In this document: positions 18,466 through 26,908 of the stretch, piece after piece | How the letters are laid out: every line of letters starts with the position of its first letter | Position numbering within the stretch: position 1 is the first letter of the stretch | DNA from: a virus | Direction: 5' to 3' (one strand) | Virus record (IMG/VR): IMGVR_UViG_3300027714_000004 | Location: 64,001 to 128,000 of that record | DNA: 64,000 nt | Notes under the pieces: model-generated | Seen by the model: the letters and a program-made list of their open reading frames with translations, nothing else | Database searches by the model: none | Told to the model about the DNA's origin: nothing | Translations under genes and position numbers: made by a program

Positions 18466-18494
18466 TTGACAAAGCTTGATATATCTGTTACAAT
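18466..18494 (+). promoter_or_regulatory. Sigma70-type promoter
   Basis: TTGACA-17-TACAAT. Confidence 0.75.
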
Positions 18495-18522
18495 GTAGCT
18501 TCAGACCTAGAGGGGACTATAC

Positions 18523-19071
18523 ATGAATATTTTTAGATTACACGATGATCCAGTCATATCTGCACAGATGATGTGTGACAAGCACGTAGTTAAAATGGTT
18601 ACCGAGTACGGTCAACTACTCTCTACTGCACACCGAGTTCTTGACGGTACTGTCGAGAGACGACCTTCCAAATCCGGAAAACGCATGGTAGACCATTATT
18701 TAGTCGCTGAACAAGCCCGAGAGAATTTACTATACAAGGTTGCTCACAAGAACCACCCATCAGCAATCTGGTGTAGAGAGAACGATAAGAACTACCGATG
18801 GTTGTACAAACACTTTCAGGCAACTTCAAAAGAGTACACCAACCGTTACGGTCGTGTTCATATGACCTATGATAAGTTAGGTGGTATGTTATGGTTCGCA
18901 CCGAAGAATATTGACATACAATTGAAAGAAACTAAAATGCCTGAGTGTATGCCTGACTACTGTAAGACAGACAGTGTACCTGAGAGTTACCGCAAGTACT
19001 ATAACGAAGAGAAGAGTCACTTCGCAAAATGGTCTAACCGTGAGGTACCGGAGTGGTTTATAGAAAAGTAG
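18523..19071 (+). CDS. Pyrimidine-dimer DNA glycosylase/endonuclease V family protein
   Basis: MNIF...DKHVVKM..E..QLLSTAH; HKNHPSAIW; YRKYY. Confidence 0.85.
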   Translation: MNIFRLHDDPVISAQMMCDKHVVKMVTEYGQLLSTAHRVLDGTVERRPSKSGKRMVDHYLVAEQARENLLYKVAHKNHPSAIWCRENDKNYRWLYKHFQATSKEYTNRYGRVHMTYDKLGGMLWFAPKNIDIQLKETKMPECMPDYCKTDSVPESYRKYYNEEKSHFAKWSNREVPEWFIEK

Positions 19072-19193
19072 GACTGTGGTCACTACGGGTTATGTTAATT
19101 ATCTGGTTAAGTTTCTCCCAGAAGGCTGACGATGACCTATTCGGAGTACTTACCAGTATCCGACGATTTAATGAATGTAAGAGAGTTGTACAC

Positions 19194-19223
19194 TTGACAA
19201 CCCCCTAGAATGTATAGTATAAT
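19194..19223 (+). promoter_or_regulatory. Sigma70-type promoter
   Basis: TTGACA-18-TATAAT. Confidence 0.75.
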
Positions 19224-19261
19224 GTACATTGTACAGTTTATGAAACATATTGAGGTTTATT

Positions 19262-19558
19262 ATGATGCACGGTTCAATGCGACATACAACCACTGGTCGC
19301 AAGAAGAGTTACAATGCTTGGTCAACCAAGAAGAAAGTTGCCCCCAGATTCCAACCTATGGAAGTTGCTAGTGAGCCCTACAAAAGGGACAGTATAGTTT
19401 ATAACTCAGTAGATTCAGGTACTATGAATACCGAACGAAAGGAAAGAATGACCTACACCGGAACCTTAGTCAAAGGTATCGGTACCATGCACAAGTCGAA
19501 TGCGGTGCCCGTAATCGACGAACAACAGATGAAAGATTTAGCGAGGATGAGTCAATGA
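19262..19558 (+). CDS. Conserved phage hypothetical protein
   Basis: YTGTLVKGIGTMHKSNAVPV motif; RBS GAGG. Confidence 0.75.
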   Translation: MMHGSMRHTTTGRKKSYNAWSTKKKVAPRFQPMEVASEPYKRDSIVYNSVDSGTMNTERKERMTYTGTLVKGIGTMHKSNAVPVIDEQQMKDLARMSQ

Positions 19559-19758
19559 CATTACCCTGTGAGAGACGATGGGCGGTGAATAACACACGAC
19601 AGTTCTTGATGGACTTACAAGATCCCAAGAAGACTCCAAGGATTCCGTCCGAGGTACGTAAACAGGCCTCTCGATGTCTTAGACACTACCCAGGCGAGTA
19701 CTATATGGAACGTGCCGCAGAAGATGCACCTAATGTATTTGGAGACTGGGGTGAGTGA
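19555..19758 (+). CDS. Conserved hypothetical protein
   Basis: MTLPCER...FL..L...P..VRKQA..CLRHYP. Confidence 0.75.
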   Translation: MTLPCERRWAVNNTRQFLMDLQDPKKTPRIPSEVRKQASRCLRHYPGEYYMERAAEDAPNVFGDWGE

Positions 19759-20137
19759 CTATACACCAGACAATTGGGTTGTTATTAAGTTTACCCAACA
19801 AATGAAAAGTGGCAATACCGGATATGGTAGAACCGAAAAAGTATTTTACAAAGTACTTGGTGGATGGTCAGGTGGGTATCTTGGTAGTGATTCTTGGAGA
19901 CTGAACAGTGGCATCGTTGACGTTGAAGAGACTACTGATTCTTTCATCTTTATCGGTCATAGTGGTAGTCGGTACATATGCGACAAGACTCAGGAACGTC
20001 TAAGAATGAATACTGCTGGTATATGGGAACAAATGCAGGAAGTTAGTGAATCGACGGCCGGGGATGTTAAACTTGAGCTGATGGAACCTGATGACGAAAG
20101 AACTCGTAAAGATTGGAAGGTAATGCTATGTCTATGA
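19751..20137 (+). CDS. Conserved phage hypothetical protein
   Basis: PDNWVVIK...WSGGYLGSDSWRLNSGI; GTG start with RBS GGAG. Confidence 0.75.
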   Translation: MSDYTPDNWVVIKFTQQMKSGNTGYGRTEKVFYKVLGGWSGGYLGSDSWRLNSGIVDVEETTDSFIFIGHSGSRYICDKTQERLRMNTAGIWEQMQEVSESTAGDVKLELMEPDDERTRKDWKVMLCL

Positions 20138-20553
20138 ACGAAGACGAACGAGTTGCAAGAGTAGAGGGTCAACTTAGTCCCGAAGTTCAATCGGAGTTCT
20201 CGGGCAGTACAATGTCCAAGGCAGGGAGACTTGCTATGGAACTTAATGTCGAACGCAAACGTCTCAAGCAAGAGATGGAAGAACTACAATTAGAAGTCGA
20301 AGACCTGAAACCTGCAACACCTACGGGTACGATTGACAGTTATGTTAAGTGGGGAGCGACTGTACTTGGTGTGGTTGGAGTATTCGCTATGAGCGCAGGG
20401 TTTGGTATCACCGGACAGATATGTTATGCGTCAGCCGCTACTGCATGGGTGTATGTCGGTCACTGTTGGAATGACAAAGCAATTATGATAGGAAGTGCTA
20501 TATCAGGTACATCAGTACTAATGAACCTAGTGGACACTCTAGTAGCATCGTGA
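20128..20553 (+). CDS. Membrane protein with N-terminal coiled coil
   Basis: Heptad segment followed by three hydrophobic helices. Confidence 0.7.
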   Translation: MSMNEDERVARVEGQLSPEVQSEFSGSTMSKAGRLAMELNVERKRLKQEMEELQLEVEDLKPATPTGTIDSYVKWGATVLGVVGVFAMSAGFGITGQICYASAATAWVYVGHCWNDKAIMIGSAISGTSVLMNLVDTLVAS

Positions 20554-20645
20554 CCAACTATCGCTGATTGGTCGAGCTTCTGCCTTGCATTATATCCAAA
20601 CCTATGAGATAATAGCTACCTAATTGACTGATAGAGAGATAGATT
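20552..20645 (+). promoter_or_regulatory. Early promoter cassette (GATAAT subclass) with upstream stem-loop
   Basis: GACCAA..TTGGTC hairpin; TTGCAT-17-GATAAT-AGCTACCTAATTGA. Confidence 0.85.
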
Positions 20646-20945
20646 ATGACTGCATTTACTAAAGAAAACTTCACTTGGGACGGCATGTACTTGATGTATC
20701 AAGGTATGTTCGAAGGTTCTCGCACTATGGAGCAAGTTTCTCCTAACTGTCACTCATCTTGGCACGGTAAGCCAGAACGCACTTTCGTTGCACGATTCAA
20801 GTATGGTTCTAAGCCGTGGAAGTCGTGGATGAATCACCTAGTTAAAAACTGTACTGTTGAGCAGTACATTGAGTTGACTCGAAACACTAGTCCGATGGAA
20901 GCAATGGAAACCCTTGGTTTCAAACCACGTAAGAGGAGAGCATAA
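20646..20945 (+). CDS. Hypothetical early protein
   Basis: 99-aa ORF after cassette; FVARFKY motif. Confidence 0.8.
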   Translation: MTAFTKENFTWDGMYLMYQGMFEGSRTMEQVSPNCHSSWHGKPERTFVARFKYGSKPWKSWMNHLVKNCTVEQYIELTRNTSPMEAMETLGFKPRKRRA

Positions 20946-21151
20946 TGATAATGTACGGTTCAGTTGGTGAGATACTTTTATGGGAGACTCCTACTGGGGT
21001 CTCTTCTGGTGAGATCATGTTCGTTCATAAGGACATTGCGGGTGATGGTGTGGACTACTACAGTATTACATCTGGTTCCGAACCTATGGATCGATACTAT
21101 CTAGACAGTGATGCGATGTCGAAGATGAATGTGGTTAATCTATCTGCGTGA
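20945..21151 (+). CDS. Hypothetical protein
   Basis: 68-aa ORF, RBS GAGGAG. Confidence 0.7.
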   Translation: MIMYGSVGEILLWETPTGVSSGEIMFVHKDIAGDGVDYYSITSGSEPMDRYYLDSDAMSKMNVVNLSA

Positions 21152-21240
21152 CTAGTTTCTTTGTTTGGGTCACGCTTATGCCTTGCATTCTACCCAAACC
21201 TATGAGATAATAGCTACCTAATTGATTGAGAGAGTAGATT
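21146..21240 (+). promoter_or_regulatory. Early promoter cassette (GATAAT subclass) with upstream stem-loop
   Basis: GCGTGAC..GTCACGC; TTGCAT-17-GATAAT-AGCTACCTAATTGA. Confidence 0.85.
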
Positions 21241-21498
21241 ATGAAAGACAGAATATTCGACTATGCCAAGACTGATGATACCCAGTTCTTCTACTTTAAT
21301 CGTGTTGCAGACTGCTTCACTACCAAGATGGATTGGTATGACAATGATGACGTTGATATGATCGTTGTTGACGCAACTAATACCTCGCAAGAGACTGACA
21401 ACATTTTCTCTTTCCTCTACCAAACAGAACCTAACGCGGATCAGGTCTGGATGCGATTTGCCCAAGAATTCTACGGAGATGCATATGTCAACGCTTAG
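21241..21498 (+). CDS. Hypothetical early protein
   Basis: 85-aa ORF after cassette. Confidence 0.75.
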   Translation: MKDRIFDYAKTDDTQFFYFNRVADCFTTKMDWYDNDDVDMIVVDATNTSQETDNIFSFLYQTEPNADQVWMRFAQEFYGDAYVNA

Positions 21499-21751
21499 TC
21501 TAGAAGAAGCCTGTCACTACTTGTGGCGCGAAGAGATTACGGATTGGGGTTCGTACACCTACGTCCAGAATCATATCTACATTAGTAAGGGTACCGACCT
21601 CGTAGGATTCGTTCCTCGCAGTACAGGTATCATTAAGATGTTCAATACCCCTAAGAAGTCTTGGTCAGTTGCTCGACGCAAGTTCCGCAAGTTTACCAAG
21701 AAAGATATAAAAAAGGTTATTGATATGCAAAATGGTTCTAAACAGGACTAA
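21485..21751 (+). CDS. Conserved phage hypothetical protein
   Basis: EITDW...NHIY...RRKF; RBS GGAG. Confidence 0.7.
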   Translation: MSTLSLEEACHYLWREEITDWGSYTYVQNHIYISKGTDLVGFVPRSTGIIKMFNTPKKSWSVARRKFRKFTKKDIKKVIDMQNGSKQD

Positions 21752-21769
21752 CTATTTAGCTACACGCCC

Positions 21770-21830
21770 TTGCTTTTTTAAAACAAGTATGAGATAATAG
21801 CTACCTAATTGACTGATAGAGAAATGACTT
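21770..21830 (+). promoter_or_regulatory. Early promoter cassette (GATAAT subclass)
   Basis: TTGCTT-17-GATAAT-AGCTACCTAATTGA. Confidence 0.85.
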
Positions 21831-22001
21831 ATGAAAATTATCCTTATTGATGACATAAAGAACGTTCGAAACTTCAAGTCTGGTTATGAGTTGGTCGAGT
21901 ATGAAGCAGGTACTGACCCTATGGACGGTTTCTGTCTACTGGGTTTCGATGAAGTCGGAATGTTCTGTACCAACCCTCGTTACGCTTTCCTTGGAGCTTA
22001 A
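21831..22001 (+). CDS. Hypothetical early protein (56 aa), not in the ORF track
   Basis: ATG at the end of the cassette leader. Confidence 0.65.
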   Translation: MKIILIDDIKNVRNFKSGYELVEYEAGTDPMDGFCLLGFDEVGMFCTNPRYAFLGA

Positions 22002-22005
22002 TATA

Positions 22006-22680
22006 ATGTCAAACTACTTTAGTTACCCAACCTACGGTTCTGATGAACACAAATACAATCAGTACCTTGGTAACCACGTCAACAAACAAAACAAGGGTAG
22101 TCGCGGTCAGGACTCTGAACGCCAGAAGACCTACCGAGCAGAGTGGACGTTCCAGTCTAAGGTAACCAACCCTAAGTTTGCGTCTATCGATGAGGCTCAG
22201 AAGTTCGCCAAGAAGATCTATAAGTCCAAGACTTGGGTTAAGTTATGGAACAAGTCGATAGAGAATGACGTTAGTCGCATCTTCGGTGCGCAACCTAAAG
22301 TTGTCGCGATGGGTAGTCGTACGAAAAAGTTAAGTGGATTCACCGATGGATTCACTGTGACACTAGACTTGGTCACTGGTCTGAACAAGTACACCCTGTT
22401 ACACGAACTTGCGCATTGTCTTGGTCATATGCACCACGGTCGTTCGTTTCGACAATGTCTCTTGGGTCTGGTCGGTACCTTCATGGGATCTGAAGAGAAG
22501 AAGATTCTTAAAGGAGAGTTTAAGAAAGCAAAGTTGAAGTGCGGTGATGCTCGGAAACCTCAGACGTTCGAAGTCTGGATGGAGTCAAAGAAACGTATGG
22601 CTGCAATGCGAGAAGCAAACGAAAGTATGAAAGACGATATAAAGTTTTTACATAAGATGCGTAGCAAAGGTTGTATGTAA
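22006..22680 (+). CDS. Zincin-like metallopeptidase (SprT-like)
   Basis: LLHELAH...HGRSF motif; RBS GGAG. Confidence 0.75.
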   Translation: MSNYFSYPTYGSDEHKYNQYLGNHVNKQNKGSRGQDSERQKTYRAEWTFQSKVTNPKFASIDEAQKFAKKIYKSKTWVKLWNKSIENDVSRIFGAQPKVVAMGSRTKKLSGFTDGFTVTLDLVTGLNKYTLLHELAHCLGHMHHGRSFRQCLLGLVGTFMGSEEKKILKGEFKKAKLKCGDARKPQTFEVWMESKKRMAAMREANESMKDDIKFLHKMRSKGCM

Positions 22681-22961
22681 TGAATGAACAAATAGATACG
22701 TGCGAAGACTGTCGTATAGAAATAACCACCAAAGGTATCGAAGTTGACAGCAGTACAGGGAACTTATACCTAGAGGGAGTAGTTTTAGTGATAGTAATAG
22801 CAGTCTTATATATTGGTAAGAAACTAGTTGACAAATACATTAAATGAATAGTTAGGTTTCCCTAGGTGGGGAAGGTATTACGGATATTGCTACTTATTGC
22901 TAAGTGTACTAACCCCACCATTTTTTATTCCAAATTGTTCTAAAGAAATGTGAAATAGCCC

Positions 22962-23020
22962 TTGTGTTTTCAAAAGAAGTGTGAGATAATAGCTACCTAA
23001 TTGATTGATAGAGAGTGATT
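22962..23020 (+). promoter_or_regulatory. Early promoter cassette (GATAAT subclass)
   Basis: TTGTGT-17-GATAAT-AGCTACCTAATTGA. Confidence 0.8.
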
Positions 23021-23215
23021 ATGAAAAAAGACTTCCCAACCCTTTGCGGACTCCTCGGAGCGATTCTTATGGCAATCTTTGCCTTTCACATGAATCCCGT
23101 GATCGCGATAGTTGGATTGTCTTTGTTGTCTGTTCAATCAGTTAATGCAAAGTTGTGGAACCTTGTCGCTCTGAACGCGATAAGCATTTGTGGATTTGTT
23201 ACTCAATTACTCTAA
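23021..23215 (+). CDS. Small membrane protein
   Basis: Hydrophobic 64-aa ORF after cassette. Confidence 0.7.
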   Translation: MKKDFPTLCGLLGAILMAIFAFHMNPVIAIVGLSLLSVQSVNAKLWNLVALNAISICGFVTQLL

Positions 23216-23225
23216 GGAATTTATT

Positions 23226-23441
23226 ATGAATTTGATTGGTCAGAAAGTTGAAGCAAACTGGGGCGCAATGTACCCTATCGCAGAAGGTGTTGTATGCGGA
23301 CACTTCGGTAAGAATAATGTTATCATTCGATGGGAAGATGGTACCAAGAGTGAACTTGATGCCAATTCAATTCATGAACTTGGTTACCGTAGTGTGAATG
23401 GTTCACCTATCGGAGTATTCTTCGGTGAGGTCGCGGCATGA
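23226..23441 (+). CDS. Hypothetical protein
   Basis: RBS AAGGA; WGAMYP...SPIGVF. Confidence 0.7.
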   Translation: MNLIGQKVEANWGAMYPIAEGVVCGHFGKNNVIIRWEDGTKSELDANSIHELGYRSVNGSPIGVFFGEVAA

Positions 23442-23653
23442 TCGATAATATTAGTGTAGACTCTGATGGACTAATTGAACTCTATAACGGTGACAATCTC
23501 CTCGCAGCAGGTCGGTCACCACATTTCCTATCCTATGCGATACGACAACATGATGGCCCTGCTCCGGTGATTCGTACCTCGACTGCATGGCAAGAGTCTG
23601 AGATACTTGAGGAACTGGATTATATTTGGCAACAAACTTGTGAGTTACTATAA
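23438..23653 (+). CDS. Hypothetical protein
   Basis: 71-aa coupled ORF, RBS GAGG. Confidence 0.65.
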   Translation: MIDNISVDSDGLIELYNGDNLLAAGRSPHFLSYAIRQHDGPAPVIRTSTAWQESEILEELDYIWQQTCELL

Positions 23654-24066
23654 TGGATAGGGTAGTCAAACTAAACTTCGACCGTAAGGTGAGGTACCTC
23701 AAGGACAAGGATACTGAGGAGTGTCGTCGACTCTTTGAGAAGATAATGGATCACTACGGTCAGTTCCTAGAATCGCCACACGGGTGGGATCTTCGCTCTA
23801 TCGCAACGTATGAGAAGGTGGTACGCAATTGTGGACTATCGGTTAATGAGTTTCTGTCGGAGACCTTCACCATAGCAGCTCCCAAACCAAAGAAGAAGAC
23901 CGCTGTCAAGAAACCTACCGTGACCAAGAAGAAGGTTCCGGTCAAGAAACCTATTGTCAAGAAGAAACCTGTAGTGAGAAAGAAACCCACTACCGTGACC
24001 AAAAAGAAGACCTCGGTCACTAAGAAGACCCTTCCTAAGAAGAAATCGATAAAAAAGGTCGCATAG
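23653..24066 (+). CDS. Protein with Lys-rich, histone-H1-like C-terminal tail
   Basis: Repeated KKPxVxKK / TKKK units in the last ~60 aa. Confidence 0.75.
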   Translation: MDRVVKLNFDRKVRYLKDKDTEECRRLFEKIMDHYGQFLESPHGWDLRSIATYEKVVRNCGLSVNEFLSETFTIAAPKPKKKTAVKKPTVTKKKVPVKKPIVKKKPVVRKKPTTVTKKKTSVTKKTLPKKKSIKKVA

Positions 24067-24070
24067 GCCC

Positions 24071-24127
24071 TTGACATTTCCCCTCAGTATGATATAATAG
24101 CTACCTAATTGATTGAGAGAGAACGTT
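24071..24127 (+). promoter_or_regulatory. Early promoter cassette
   Basis: TTGACA-16-TATAAT-AGCTACCTAATTGA. Confidence 0.85.
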
Positions 24128-24538
24128 ATGAATCCAGTAAATATCGCAGGTCGCATCCGAGAGAAGAAACGCATCGAAGCGTATATCCATGCTATCGCGA
24201 AAGAGTTAGGTATTCACCGACTCTATAGCAAGGTTCTCCTTGTAACCTTCTCTACTAAACTCCCTGATGATGCCCAAGGTCTCTGCTGGGGTGACTATAA
24301 GAGTCACGCTGAGATCTCTATAGCCCGTACTTGTCAGGGTGAGGCATTCACCCTAGAAGAGATGATGCAGACCCTAGCGCACGAACTAGTTCACGCTAAA
24401 CAGTATCTTCGACGTGAACTGTGTGGTTACAGTTTTGCTTGGAAGGGACGTAAACCTCGCAACTACAAGTACGAGAACGCTCCTTGGGAGAAAGAGGCAT
24501 ACGGCCTAGAAGAAGAATTATTCAAAAAACACTGGTAA
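24128..24538 (+). CDS. HExxH metallopeptidase-like protein
   Basis: TLAHELVHAKQY...PWEKEAY. Confidence 0.85.
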   Translation: MNPVNIAGRIREKKRIEAYIHAIAKELGIHRLYSKVLLVTFSTKLPDDAQGLCWGDYKSHAEISIARTCQGEAFTLEEMMQTLAHELVHAKQYLRRELCGYSFAWKGRKPRNYKYENAPWEKEAYGLEEELFKKHW

Positions 24539-24544
24539 TAAGAT

Positions 24545-24736
24545 ATGAATCAAATAATGGAAGCGCACCAAGAACTGTTGGGTGATCTGGAACTAATCAT
24601 TGATACCCTATGCCATCCGGCTTACGAGACCTTTTCAGAAGAAGTTAAAGAGTCTATAACAAAAGAGCGCAATCGTCTGGAGATGTTACTCGAAGTTCTG
24701 GAAGAAGACCCGTTATATGAAAGGGGTTCTTTATAA
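24545..24736 (+). CDS. Hypothetical protein
   Basis: 63-aa acidic ORF. Confidence 0.6.
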   Translation: MNQIMEAHQELLGDLELIIDTLCHPAYETFSEEVKESITKERNRLEMLLEVLEEDPLYERGSL

Positions 24737-24820
24737 CAAAATGGTCTAAAGAATATGTTGACTTTTGTTTAGGAAACAAGTATAATAGCTACATAAAGTC
24801 GAGTTGAGAGAGGAAATATT
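24732..24820 (+). promoter_or_regulatory. Early promoter cassette, near-duplicate of 2970-3069
   Basis: TATAACAAAATGGTCTA box; TTGACT-17-TATAAT; 39-nt identity with 3022-3060. Confidence 0.9.
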
Positions 24821-25027
24821 ATGAAAGGTTTATTTGAAATAGTTTTTGGTGTTGCCGCGATGGTTGCCATTGGTTATGTCTTCGCTGCGCCGGGCATATG
24901 GGATACCCCTGATGTTCACTTCAGCAATCTGACACAAGAATGTGTGAAGGTTATCAATTACAAAACTGCTGACGTTTACAGCTGTACGAACCTTCCAGAC
25001 CTCTACACTCACGTGTGGGTGAGATAA
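24821..25027 (+). CDS. Small membrane-anchored protein
   Basis: N-terminal TM; P.V..S....ECVKV...C..LP..Y...WV. Confidence 0.7.
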   Translation: MKGLFEIVFGVAAMVAIGYVFAAPGIWDTPDVHFSNLTQECVKVINYKTADVYSCTNLPDLYTHVWVR

Positions 25028-25200
25028 TGGATATCCTACTTGAGGTTCTAGGGTGGTCTCTATTTAGTTTCCTTGCCTTCCTAATGTATATCAACCTTCA
25101 TATGGAAAACGAGAAACATGAACAAGAGAGACTTCCACTGATGTGGGAAGAAGGCGGGTTTTTGAATGATTTTTGGCAATGGCTAAAAAAGTTCAAATAA
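25027..25200 (+). CDS. Small membrane protein
   Basis: N-terminal TM; TAATG coupling. Confidence 0.6.
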   Translation: MDILLEVLGWSLFSFLAFLMYINLHMENEKHEQERLPLMWEEGGFLNDFWQWLKKFK

Positions 25201-25204
25201 TGCC

Positions 25205-25270
25205 TTGACTTTTGTTTCGAAAAGAAGTATAATAGGTACTTAGTTAATTGAGTTGAGAGAGAAAAAGATT
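25205..25270 (+). promoter_or_regulatory. Early promoter cassette
   Basis: TTGACT-17-TATAAT...GAGTTGAGAGAGA. Confidence 0.85.
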
Positions 25271-25654
25271 ATGGCACATGTAACCCAAGAAGACAAAAAG
25301 AAGTTAGCCCCCCAAATCAAAGCTGTCTTGAAGAAGTACAAGATGAAAGGTAGCATTGCGGTTAAACACCACAGCACTTTAGTCTGTAACATTAAGAGCG
25401 GTGCGTTAGACATCCTCAAGGCAGCTGATGCTGCTCAGTACGGACGCGACTACATTCAAGTCAACCCTTACTGGATTAAAGACAACTACAACTGCCCGAC
25501 TGTTGTTGCGTTCTTGACTGAACTGAAAGCGGCAATGGAAGGAGAAGACTACTTCTGTGAAGACGACAGTCAGACTGACTACTTCTTCCGTAGCCACTAC
25601 ACCGATATCAACGTCGGAAACTACAACACTCCTTATGTATTGGATGCAGCGTAA
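25271..25654 (+). CDS. Conserved phage hypothetical protein
   Basis: IKAVLKKY and DSQTDYF motifs. Confidence 0.8.
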   Translation: MAHVTQEDKKKLAPQIKAVLKKYKMKGSIAVKHHSTLVCNIKSGALDILKAADAAQYGRDYIQVNPYWIKDNYNCPTVVAFLTELKAAMEGEDYFCEDDSQTDYFFRSHYTDINVGNYNTPYVLDAA

Positions 25655-25821
25655 TGACTGATATGACTTTTCGTGCGTGGAGCAATCAGATGTGGTATGA
25701 TCATTGCGATGAGGTAGAGGTCTGGACTGGTAAACTTCCGAACTACACTGCTAAAGAATACTTTGTGAAGTATAAGTGGTTCCTGAAACGTGAATACCAG
25801 TACGCTAAAAAGTTAAAATAA
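25654..25821 (+). CDS. Hypothetical protein (55 aa), not in the ORF track
   Basis: TAATG coupling; MWYDHCDE...YKWFLKREY. Confidence 0.65.
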   Translation: MTDMTFRAWSNQMWYDHCDEVEVWTGKLPNYTAKEYFVKYKWFLKREYQYAKKLK

Positions 25822-25824
25822 GCC

Positions 25825-25880
25825 TTGACAATTGTTTGTGAAACATGTATAATACTTGTATTGAATTGATAAAGAGAGAG
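25825..25880 (+). promoter_or_regulatory. Early promoter cassette
   Basis: TTGACA-17-TATAAT...GAGAGAG. Confidence 0.85.
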
Positions 25881-26120
25881 ATGATTATGTTTTATGCGAA
25901 ACCAAAGATGACCAATCACCATGACGCAGCTTACTTCAACACCGTTACCGAAGCTGTTTCATTCCTAAACGAGTACAACCAGTTAGGCCCTGAACATGAG
26001 AGTGACGGATTTTCCAATAGTGTCGCTAAACTTCAAGCCGAAGACTTTTGGATGCTAGGTAAGTTGACTGGCCCAGAGGGTGTCCAGTTTAAGAATAACA
26101 AAGTAGTGGAGGTAGCGTAA
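25881..26120 (+). CDS. Hypothetical early protein
   Basis: ORF after cassette. Confidence 0.7.
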   Translation: MIMFYAKPKMTNHHDAAYFNTVTEAVSFLNEYNQLGPEHESDGFSNSVAKLQAEDFWMLGKLTGPEGVQFKNNKVVEVA

Positions 26121-26121
26121 C

Positions 26122-26439
26122 ATGGGTATGATTGCTGAGATTTTTCGTTCTGATATGAGTGACTGTTCTAACGGTGGTATGAGTTCACAGTACACTGCGG
26201 TGACTGTAGTGAATGTTGATGGCCCGTTCGAACCTACTGTTGGTCGACCTGCCGTTGAGATAGTTAAAGGGTACCTAGAAGGTACATGTCACATTCGTCC
26301 AGTTTACTTAGCGGAAGACCGTCCTATGATGGGTGGTACTTATATCGCGACATCAGATAGTCGATTCAATGAAAAGGTTAGAGAGATAACTGGTGGACGA
26401 CACGCTGGTGCGGTTCCTTTCCACGATAGGTCTGAATAA
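26122..26439 (+). CDS. Conserved phage hypothetical protein
   Basis: DCSNGGMS, MGGTYIATSDSRF and HDRSE motifs; RBS GGAGG. Confidence 0.8.
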   Translation: MGMIAEIFRSDMSDCSNGGMSSQYTAVTVVNVDGPFEPTVGRPAVEIVKGYLEGTCHIRPVYLAEDRPMMGGTYIATSDSRFNEKVREITGGRHAGAVPFHDRSE

Positions 26440-26699
26440 TGTTAAAACATAATGATTCCTCGACTGAACTGTTAACCATCTTACAAGAAGAATGTGCAGA
26501 GGTTATTGTAGAAGTTTCCAAAATAAAACGATTCGGTCAAGATCAACAGAACATTGACCGTCTCGCCAAAGAAGTGGGTGACTTAGTCTGTATGATTGAG
26601 TTGCTCCAAGAATGGGAAGTGGTATCTTATAGTGCGGTTGAAGATGCACGTCAAGAGAAGCTTCTTAAACTTGCCAAGTGGTCTGACCTTCCTTTATGA
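26439..26699 (+). CDS. MazG-like all-alpha NTP-PPase fold protein
   Basis: LQEECAEVI..SKIKRFG...KEVGDL. Confidence 0.7.
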   Translation: MLKHNDSSTELLTILQEECAEVIVEVSKIKRFGQDQQNIDRLAKEVGDLVCMIELLQEWEVVSYSAVEDARQEKLLKLAKWSDLPL

Positions 26700-26713
26700 T
26701 TCGGAGAACTGAT

Positions 26714-26866
26714 ATGTCAAAGAAAACATCTGTAACAAGATCCAATCCGGTCGCGAAGTACGCGTCGAAGGTCAATCGTGCCGCTACTCACATGGATAGG
26801 AAGAAAGAATCCAAGAAGCAGGGGCAGTACTCTAAAGAAGAACTATATCCTAATAACGGATTTTAA
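26714..26866 (+). CDS. Small basic protein, not in the ORF track
   Basis: RBS GGAG; NPVAKY...HMDRKK. Confidence 0.6.
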   Translation: MSKKTSVTRSNPVAKYASKVNRAATHMDRKKESKKQGQYSKEELYPNNGF

Positions 26867-26908
26867 TTCTTCTTGCCCCTTGACACAAACCATATAATAA
26901 GGTATAAT

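Noticed and set aside
2858-25880. CRISPR-like array from the recurring TATAATAGCTAC repeats
   Set aside because: Copies are hundreds of bp to kb apart, separated by ORFs, and coincide with -35/-10 promoters; no cas genes.
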